From Thermoplasmatota archaeon (GTDB lineage Archaea; Thermoplasmatota; Thermoplasmata; UBA10834), in assembly GCA_040751795.1 (NCBI GenBank), contig JBFMHR010000001.1, positions 416,001-480,000 of the forward strand: 64,000 nt of DNA, in the 5' to 3' direction. A model generated the notes under the pieces. That model saw only the letters and a program-made list of their open reading frames with translations. It did no database searches and had not been told where the DNA came from. The position numbers and the translations under genes are program-made. Positions 57,134-64,000 of this stretch are shown here, one piece after another; position 1 is the first letter of the stretch, and every line of letters begins with the position of its first letter.

Positions 57134-57622
57134 TCACTCCCCCAGCGAGGCGGCGAACTGCCGGGCGTACTCCCTGGCCCTGTCCAGCTCGCCCTCGTCC
57201 AGCGGGCCCTTCATGTCCTTGACCGAGCACCTGAGGCACGGGCTCCGGACCTTCAGCCCCCTCTTCTCCGCGAGGGCGGCAAGGAAGCCGGCCGCACCCG
57301 GCTCGACCCACTTCCTCGAGCTCTCGCGCTTCTTGGGGTCGTCGCCCCGGTAGGGCGCGTACGTGTCGAAGACCGCGATTGGCTTCGCGCCCCACGCCCC
57401 GACGTCGAGCTTCTTCACCAGCCTCTTGGAGGGGCGGGTCATCTTCTTGAACCTGGTCGGGGAGCCCACCATCAGGAAGCCGCCCTCCGAGGGCACCTCG
57501 CGGCTCACCCTGAGGTTCAGCATGGCCACCTGGTGGCCGGCCCTCTCGATCTCCTCCCTCATCGCCTCCGCGACGGCCCTCGTGTTCCCGAAGTAGCTGT
57601 CGAACGCGATCACGCCCTTCAT
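57134..57622 (-). CDS. Flavodoxin family protein
   Basis: DSYFGNTRAVA, VGSPT, AVFDT, GPLDEGE. Confidence 0.88.
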   Translation of the reverse strand: MKGVIAFDSYFGNTRAVAEAMREEIERAGHQVAMLNLRVSREVPSEGGFLMVGSPTRFKKMTRPSKRLVKKLDVGAWGAKPIAVFDTYAPYRGDDPKKRESSRKWVEPGAAGFLAALAEKRGLKVRSPCLRCSVKDMKGPLDEGELDRAREYARQFAASLGE

Positions 57623-57761
57623 GGTATCCCGCGGGTGAATCGCCCTCGGCCCTCTTAACCCTGTCAGCCGGGCCGGCCGGGCCCGGCCGCGCCTGGGGCG
57701 CCAGCCGGGACAGGCAATGTTTCAAATGCTATACTACGCTTTCACCCTGAGGCACCGCCCG

Positions 57762-58403
57762 ATGATGGGGACGCTCGACACCGAGACTGTCAAGAGGAGG
57801 CTGCGGTTCGACTACGTCCGCGTCAAGAACGAGCCCGGGTCCAGGGCCGTCGACGGCATCACCTCCCTCATGGCGCACTTCCACAGGCAGCAGCTGAGCA
57901 TCAACGAGGTGATCCAGGAGGCCTCGGACATAATCCAGAGGCAGTTCAAGCTCAAGTGGGTCATGATCGGCATCAAGGGGAAGGCCGACGGCCTGTTCCG
58001 CTACACCGTCATGACCGGCATGAACAAGGACGTCTGGGAGAGGCAGAGGAGGAGGACCTACAGGGCGGAGGACTTCGACCCCTCCTGCGCGACCTACAGG
58101 TTCGGGGAGATATCGGACCTCACCAGGGTCTACCTCCAGGAGGAGAACATGCTCTACAGCGAGGAGGAGAAGAAGCTGGTGCAGAGGCCTGCCCTCCTCT
58201 TCTCCAAGCGCGTCTCGTCCAGCGAGACCCTGGAGGCGGATTTCATCGACACTCTCATGTACGGGCCCGGGAGGACCCTCCTCGGATGGATAGAGTACTC
58301 GGGCACGGTCGCGAACGAGTTCCCGCAGCCGGTGGTCATCAGGCAGATCGAGGGCTATGCGGCGGTCCTCGCGGCCGCGGTGGCCGTCCACCTGCACTCC
58401 TGA
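57762..58403 (+). CDS. Hypothetical protein, stand-alone GAF-like domain
   Basis: VMIGIK..DGLFRY, LLGWIE, terminal helix. Confidence 0.65.
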   Translation: MMGTLDTETVKRRLRFDYVRVKNEPGSRAVDGITSLMAHFHRQQLSINEVIQEASDIIQRQFKLKWVMIGIKGKADGLFRYTVMTGMNKDVWERQRRRTYRAEDFDPSCATYRFGEISDLTRVYLQEENMLYSEEEKKLVQRPALLFSKRVSSSETLEADFIDTLMYGPGRTLLGWIEYSGTVANEFPQPVVIRQIEGYAAVLAAAVAVHLHS

Positions 58404-58418
58404 GGGGCGTGCCGCACC

Positions 58419-59174
58419 ATGAGGGCCAGGAGGGCCTTGGTCAGGGAGCCGGGGAGCGGGTTCTCGAGGTGCATATCGACGCACCCCATGAGGCACACCA
58501 TAGACGTCGGGCGCGCGCGGGCGCAGCACGCGATGTACGTCTCCACCCTGGAGTCACTCGGCCTGGAGGTCATCCGGATCGACAGGGACGACTCCCTCCC
58601 CGATTCGTGCTTCGTCGAGGACACGGCCATCGTCCACGGGGAGAAGGCGCTCGTGGGCAGGCCGGCGAAGGAGGCGAGGAGGCGCGAGACCGGGGCGGTC
58701 ATGTCCGTCCTGTCCCGGCACCTGAGCGTCAGGTCGGCCGAGGAGCCGGCGACCGTCGAGGGCGGGGACGTCCTCCACCTCGAGGGGAGGCTCGTGTGCG
58801 GGCTCAGCAAGCGGACCAACGCCGAGGGCGCCAGGCAGCTGTCCGACTGGCTGGAGGTCAGGGTCGACACGGTCGAGGACCCCTCGGTCATGCACCTGAA
58901 GAGCCACGTCAGCCACATAGACGGGGACAGGGTGCTCGTGACGAGGGCCTTCGCCCGGCACCCAGCGCTGGACGGCCTCGACAGGCTGGTGGTCCCCGAC
59001 GGGGAGGAGTACGCCGCCAACCTCCTGTCCGTGGACGGCACGGTCGTCATGCCGAAGGGCTACCCCGCGACCGAGGCGCTCCTCAGGCGCCACGGCGTCG
59101 AGGTGGTGGCCCTCGAGATGACCGAGTTCCCCAAGTGCGACGGTGCGATGACGTGCCTGTCGGTGCTCTTCTGA
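58419..59174 (+). CDS. Dimethylargininase / amidinotransferase family
   Basis: PDSCFVEDTA, EGGDV, RTN, HLKS, DGAMTCLS. Confidence 0.93.
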   Translation: MRARRALVREPGSGFSRCISTHPMRHTIDVGRARAQHAMYVSTLESLGLEVIRIDRDDSLPDSCFVEDTAIVHGEKALVGRPAKEARRRETGAVMSVLSRHLSVRSAEEPATVEGGDVLHLEGRLVCGLSKRTNAEGARQLSDWLEVRVDTVEDPSVMHLKSHVSHIDGDRVLVTRAFARHPALDGLDRLVVPDGEEYAANLLSVDGTVVMPKGYPATEALLRRHGVEVVALEMTEFPKCDGAMTCLSVLF

Positions 59175-59215
59175 CCGATGAGAAACTGAGAAAAGGGTTT
59201 GCGGGTCTCGGTCGC

Positions 59216-60451
59216 TCAGGCGACTCCCCAGAACGACTCGAGGAACGCCCACCATCCGATGTTCGGGAACTCGAAGCCCATGTAGAGCTCGTAGCTCCCG
59301 GCGCTCGCGACGGTGTACATGCTGTACGACGGCGGGACGAGTATGCCCATGCCGGTGTAGCCGAACAGCTCGTTGTTCTTGCAGACGCCCATGCCGATGA
59401 CGCACTCGGAGTAGGCCGACAGCACGGCCGCGCAGTCCGCGGCCACCGGGTCGTCCTCATCCACGCCGTCCAGGATGCCCTGCACGAACATGCCGAGGTC
59501 CACCTGGCCCGCGGACCTCGCGCCCCACGGGTTCACTGCGGCCATCTGCGCGGCGGAGATCACGGCTCCGTACGACCCCATGTCGCCCGCCATGGTCGCC
59601 GCCATCCTCAGGACCGCCGACCCGAGGGCCTCCACCTTGGACATGTCGAACACCGACTGCGACGTCAGTATCTCGCTCTGGTAGGGCGGGACGCTGAAGT
59701 ACTCGGTGAACTCCTCGACGATGACGAGGCTCAGGGCCCTCTCGCCCATGTCCGGGTCCTCGATCAGCCGTCTGAGTATCTCGTCGTACGAGAAGCCCCT
59801 CCAGCCGATGTAGTTCTCGCTCGCGACCCAGTAGTCCATGTCGACCCCGTTGGCGTGGTACTCGTAGATGGTCTCCAGCTGGCCTATCGAGCACTCGTCC
59901 GCGGCCATGATGTCCATGTGGTGGCCGTCGAGCGCCCCGATCAGCTCGTGGTGGGACAGCCAGTCCGTCGATATGGTGCCGTCGGGCATGGTCTCGTCGC
60001 AGGCGACGCCGTGCACGCCGGAGCCGTGGTCCCAGAAGAAGAGCACCATGTGCTCGGCCGGGAAGCCGTCCGCGGCATACTGGAGGAACATCTCCATCGT
60101 CGCCTGGTCGCCCATGTTGAGCTCCCCCAGCTCCTCGAGGACCACGCGCTCGTGCCCCTCGATGGTCATCAGGACCGCCGGCTCGTACAGCTTGTCCATG
60201 AGTATCAGCACGTTGACGTCCTCGCTCGACCCCCCGAGCTCCAGCTCGAGGAGATCCGTCTCGGTGTACTCGTCGAGGTTGTTGTCCGCGACCAGGTACA
60301 CGAGCATCGTCCAAGTGGCGATGCCGTCCTCGGTGACCTCCTCGGCGACCCCGTCCTCCGGCGCGACGTCGTTGACGCCGTTGCCGGCACCCCCACCGGC
60401 GGAGCTCAGGCCCGCGAGAAGCGAGACCGCGAGCAGCGCCGAGACCAACAC
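59216..60451 (-). CDS. Secreted clostripain-family cysteine peptidase (C11)
   Basis: WTMLVYLVADNNL, ELNMGD, WDHGSG, ADECSIG, ASE. Confidence 0.9.
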   Translation of the reverse strand: MLVSALLAVSLLAGLSSAGGGAGNGVNDVAPEDGVAEEVTEDGIATWTMLVYLVADNNLDEYTETDLLELELGGSSEDVNVLILMDKLYEPAVLMTIEGHERVVLEELGELNMGDQATMEMFLQYAADGFPAEHMVLFFWDHGSGVHGVACDETMPDGTISTDWLSHHELIGALDGHHMDIMAADECSIGQLETIYEYHANGVDMDYWVASENYIGWRGFSYDEILRRLIEDPDMGERALSLVIVEEFTEYFSVPPYQSEILTSQSVFDMSKVEALGSAVLRMAATMAGDMGSYGAVISAAQMAAVNPWGARSAGQVDLGMFVQGILDGVDEDDPVAADCAAVLSAYSECVIGMGVCKNNELFGYTGMGILVPPSYSMYTVASAGSYELYMGFEFPNIGWWAFLESFWGVA

Positions 60452-60574
60452 ACAGATTGCTCTCTTCGAACTCTCGTTTAGAGGTATCCCCTCACCCCCT
60501 GTAAGACCGAGGGGTGGAACGGCCTCGGCCCGTTTAACCCTGCCGATACTGACTATATGAACGCGGCGGGGGGC

Positions 60575-61819
60575 TCAGCGCCCCTCCTGCTCCTCGTCCG
60601 TCCTGATCTTGAAGTCCCTGAACACGAGGAAGAACAGGGTTATCCCGGCCGCGTAGAACGCGGCCGCGATGTAGAAGGGCAGCCTGTAGTCCCCGTCCTC
60701 CAGGATCTCCCCGCCCACGATGGTGCTCGCGCTGTTGGGGAGCCGCCAGACGATGGAGTTCAGGGCGCTCGCGAATCCCCGCTCCTCCTTCCTCACTATG
60801 CCCATCATGAAGGAGTCGAGTAGGGGCACGGCCATGTTCATCAGGGCCGCCCGGACGAGGTAGAGGCCCGCCGCCATTATGGCGCCGGGCGCGAACGCGA
60901 GGCTGAGCATGAAGACCGTCGATACGGCCTGCGTCAGCACTATGGCCCTGATCATCCCGAGGTTCTTGGCGAGCCCCGCGCTCGCCATGGCCACGATGCC
61001 TATTGTTATGTTCGAGACCGCGAGCAGGGGGCCGCTCCAGGCGTCGGTGACGCCGAACTTCAGCCACATCCATGTCGCTATGAGGGGGATGATGAAGCCC
61101 GCGCCGAGCCCGATGAGGCTGTTGATGCCCGAGAACTTCAGGAGGACCCGCGTGCTGTCCCCGCGGATGAGGCCGGTCTGGGGCCTCATCACCTCCTCGT
61201 AGTCCCTCAGCAGCGGCCAGAGCAGCACGGGCGACACGGCGGCGAGGGCCGTCATGGCGATGTAGGCGTAGTTGTGCACCTCCTCGGACGAGAGGCCGGT
61301 CCACGCCTGTATCGCGGGGAACACGAAGGGCAGCGCCATGCCTATCCCGAACGAGGCGTTCCCGACTATGAACGAGAGGGAGAACGCGTGGGTCCTGTTC
61401 TCGTTGGTCGTCTGGTCGGCTATGAGCGCGTTCCATGTCGACGCGAAGCCCCCCTCGCACAGCCCCGCGATGGAGGTGGCGATCAGCAGCGGGAGCAGTT
61501 CCTGGGTGAAGGCGAAGACAAGGATGGACGGGGGTATCCCCAGCATGCCCAGGAGGAAAATCGTCTTGCGGCCCCGACGGTCCGCGAGGATCCCGATGGG
61601 GATGGCGCTCAGCACGAACACCAGCCCGTTCACGCCTATGAGGAGGCCCACGTCGCCAGTGGTCAGGCCCACCTCGGGCAGGTAGGCGGTTATGGCGATG
61701 ATGATGTACCCGTAGGCTACGCTGGAGAACGACGTGAGGTAGATCAGCTTCTTGACCCTCGGCGGGACGGACTTGAACCCGACCCGACCCTCCTTCTTCC
61801 CGGACTCCCCTCTCTCCAT
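60575..61819 (-). CDS. MFS transporter
   Basis: GILADRRGRK motif A, about 12 TMs. Confidence 0.93.
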   Translation of the reverse strand: MERGESGKKEGRVGFKSVPPRVKKLIYLTSFSSVAYGYIIIAITAYLPEVGLTTGDVGLLIGVNGLVFVLSAIPIGILADRRGRKTIFLLGMLGIPPSILVFAFTQELLPLLIATSIAGLCEGGFASTWNALIADQTTNENRTHAFSLSFIVGNASFGIGMALPFVFPAIQAWTGLSSEEVHNYAYIAMTALAAVSPVLLWPLLRDYEEVMRPQTGLIRGDSTRVLLKFSGINSLIGLGAGFIIPLIATWMWLKFGVTDAWSGPLLAVSNITIGIVAMASAGLAKNLGMIRAIVLTQAVSTVFMLSLAFAPGAIMAAGLYLVRAALMNMAVPLLDSFMMGIVRKEERGFASALNSIVWRLPNSASTIVGGEILEDGDYRLPFYIAAAFYAAGITLFFLVFRDFKIRTDEEQEGR

Positions 61820-61941
61820 CTGCGGCCTGGCACCTCTAGCGGGCTCTGCCCGCGAGGGCCTCCGAATGGGATAGGCCCAGATAAAGGCACATCACCCACA
61901 GAAAAGATGAACAGACTGTAGGGGCATTCGACACAGCGCCA

Positions 61942-62997
61942 ATGCTCAGGAACGAGGTCGAGAAGGCCGTCGACGAGACGGTCGCCAAGCTCGGTCAGAT
62001 GGGGGTCCCGCCGGTCAGGAGGTGGATCCTGGAGTACGTGCTATGGAAGGAGAAGTCCGACCCGGCGCTCCAGAGGGCCACCGAGGAGTGCCTCTCCTAC
62101 CGCCCCATGCTGAAGCTCCTGTCCTCGCAGAACCCGGACGGGACCTGGCCGATCCCGAGGCAGAGGAAGGCCGAGGAGGACGCCGGGCCCGGGCCGCCCT
62201 ACGGGTGGACCCACACGACCATGGTCAGGAACCTCTACATGCTCTTCGAGTACTGGGCCACGAGGGACATGGGCCACATCGCGGACTCCCTCGAGCTCCT
62301 CCTCAGCTGGCAGGGGGAGGACGGGTTCATAAAGGGCCCGGAGGAGAACGGGATCCCGAGGCCTTACAGCAACGGGCTCACCCTCGGCGTGCTAATCAAG
62401 TTCGGCATGAAGGGGGACCCGAGGATCGAGAGGCTCGTGGGCGCCCTCATGAAGGCCCAGCGCCACGACGGCGGCTGGAACATCCCGTACATCCAGGACA
62501 TGAGGTACCTCCCCGAGTTCAGGTACCTGGGCCTCGACGCGTTCAGGCAGCGCCTGGCGGCGGGGGACGTCCCGGATTACGACCCGCGCGACTACGACGA
62601 CGTCCCCAGCTGCATATGGACCACCCTCGGGGCCCTCCGGGGGATATCGATGTACCGCTCGCTCAACGGGGAGAGGAACGTGAGGAGGGCGGCGGAGTTC
62701 GTCCTGGACAGGTTCTTCATGAGGAACCACCACGCCTCGTTCTACCAGTCGGGCAGCAACTGGACGATGCTGAAGTTCCCGACCTACTACGGCAGCGGCC
62801 TCACCGCCCTCGACACCCTCGTCCACATGGGCTTCGGGCCCAACGACGAGCGCATGGAGAAGCCCATCAGGTGGCTGCTGGGCGCCCGGTCGAAGGACGG
62901 CATGTGGCACAGGACGGAGAGGCCGCACCCGATAGACGACCAGTGGATCTCCCTGGTCTGCCTCGAGATCCTGGGGCACTTCAGGGAGATGTACTGA
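61942..62997 (+). CDS. Prenyltransferase/squalene-cyclase-repeat (alpha/alpha barrel) protein
   Basis: QNPDGTW, QGEDG, QRHDGGW, RSKDGMW QW-like repeats. Confidence 0.8.
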   Translation: MLRNEVEKAVDETVAKLGQMGVPPVRRWILEYVLWKEKSDPALQRATEECLSYRPMLKLLSSQNPDGTWPIPRQRKAEEDAGPGPPYGWTHTTMVRNLYMLFEYWATRDMGHIADSLELLLSWQGEDGFIKGPEENGIPRPYSNGLTLGVLIKFGMKGDPRIERLVGALMKAQRHDGGWNIPYIQDMRYLPEFRYLGLDAFRQRLAAGDVPDYDPRDYDDVPSCIWTTLGALRGISMYRSLNGERNVRRAAEFVLDRFFMRNHHASFYQSGSNWTMLKFPTYYGSGLTALDTLVHMGFGPNDERMEKPIRWLLGARSKDGMWHRTERPHPIDDQWISLVCLEILGHFREMY

Positions 62998-63003
62998 GGG
63001 CGG

Positions 63004-64000
63004 TCAGCGGAGGCCGTGCTCCGCGAACTCCCCCTCGCAGGGGTTGCCCATGCACAGGTGCATCTTCAGCTTGACCGGGTCCAGGACGATGGAGTAGGTG
63101 GTCTTCGTCTGCTCGTGCGCGGGCAGCCCCCTGTCGGCGTGCCTGCATATCGAGCCGGGCCTGTTCACGTGGTCCCTCACGATCTCCATGAGCGACTCCT
63201 TGGTCACCTGGCCGAGCTGGGACCTTATGAGCCTCAGGGCCCTGTGGTACCTCACGATGGTGCTCGACGCCCCCTCGATGGTGCGCACGCCGGGTCCCCC
63301 GAAGGCCGTCTCGTACTGGGCGAGCCGGGGGTGCAGGTAGTGGTTGGTGTGGACCAGGAAGCCGCGCTCCGGGCACAGGACCGCGAAGTCCGTCGCGGTG
63401 CCCTCGACGCAGTACATCTCGCCGCTGGAGTGGGTGATGTTGTTGTTGTAGCTCGACGCCCTGTGGGGCGGCGTGGCGGCCGCCAGGGCCTCCCCCGGCG
63501 TCGTGGACGCGAGGACCTTGGGGGCGACCATGAGCTTGGGGACCCCTACCCGCATGTCGTTCTGGTAGAGGGAGTTGCCCGTGAGCGTGATCCCGGCCGA
63601 GTTGAGCCCGGTGATCCACTCGAGGCCGCCCATGGTCATCACGAGCGCCGACGGTCTCCCCTTGGGCCTGCACTTCAGGAGCACGAGGAACTGCTCGGAG
63701 AGGGGCGTCCAGTCCTCCGTGTGGGCGGAGTAGACCCCGCCGTCAGCGGTCGCCTCGCCGTTGACCATGATGTCGGAGCAGAGCCCCTTCTCGTCGAGGC
63801 AGAACGACAGGAAGAGGTCCTCGAACGGGACGCCGGAGCCCTTGGAGTAGCCCCTGACGTATGCGACCTGGTCGGGGTTGTACGCCTCCACGAACGGGAG
63901 GTGCTTTGCCGCATTGACCCTCGACCTCTCCCAGTCCAGGGACCTCCTCTGGAGGTTCTCCCTGGCGGCCGCCATCATGCCGCGCACCTCGCGCCTGCAC
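63004..64000 (-). CDS. C45 family (acyl-CoA:6-APA acyltransferase-like) hydrolase, 5' truncated by window
   Basis: GLCS nucleophile, HTEDW, GLNSAG, HTNHY, GNPC. Confidence 0.9.
   Translation of the reverse strand, partial: CRREVRGMMAAARENLQRRSLDWERSRVNAAKHLPFVEAYNPDQVAYVRGYSKGSGVPFEDLFLSFCLDEKGLCSDIMVNGEATADGGVYSAHTEDWTPLSEQFLVLLKCRPKGRPSALVMTMGGLEWITGLNSAGITLTGNSLYQNDMRVGVPKLMVAPKVLASTTPGEALAAATPPHRASSYNNNITHSSGEMYCVEGTATDFAVLCPERGFLVHTNHYLHPRLAQYETAFGGPGVRTIEGASSTIVRYHRALRLIRSQLGQVTKESLMEIVRDHVNRPGSICRHADRGLPAHEQTKTTYSIVLDPVKLKMHLCMGNPCEGEFAEHGLR

Noticed and set aside
12083-63914. Many long Arg/Gly/Pro-rich alternative-frame and antisense ORFs (e.g. 12083-13951, 33849-36005, 43162-45444, 57956-60481)
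   Set aside because: Shadow ORFs expected from high GC3 codon bias, overlapping well-supported genes
1-64000. CRISPR array, rRNA, tRNA, integrase
   Set aside because: No regularly spaced repeats or conserved RNA/recombinase signatures recognised by eye

Overview
High-GC archaeal-type window, most likely from an uncultured Thermoplasmatota. This is an inference from TATA boxes, GGAGG/GGTGA ribosome-binding sites, a PEF-CTERM protein, many zinc-ribbon membrane proteins and multiple clostripains. Bases ~1-11,300 are visibly more AT-rich and hold a ~600-nt non-coding stretch densely packed with base-paired stems (candidate large structured RNA or leader). After it come a 9.5-kb signal-peptide-bearing RHS polymorphic toxin with an unusual modular architecture and a probable immunity gene. 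The remaining ~52 kb is ordinary chromosome dominated by protein and amino-acid scavenging: 3 clostripains, 2 C45 hydrolases, M28 and M32 peptidases, dimethylargininase, a cyclodeaminase/dehydratase pair and 2 non-pyrrolysine MttB methyltransferases. It also carries catalase, a DEAD-box helicase, LemA/TPM, 2 secreted PHP hydrolases, a phospholipase C-like protein and two fused DppB-DppC permeases that appear to lack their ATPase-coupling loops. No rRNA, tRNA, CRISPR array, integrase or transposase was recognised. All family calls come from motif recognition by eye; no database searches or folding programs were run.
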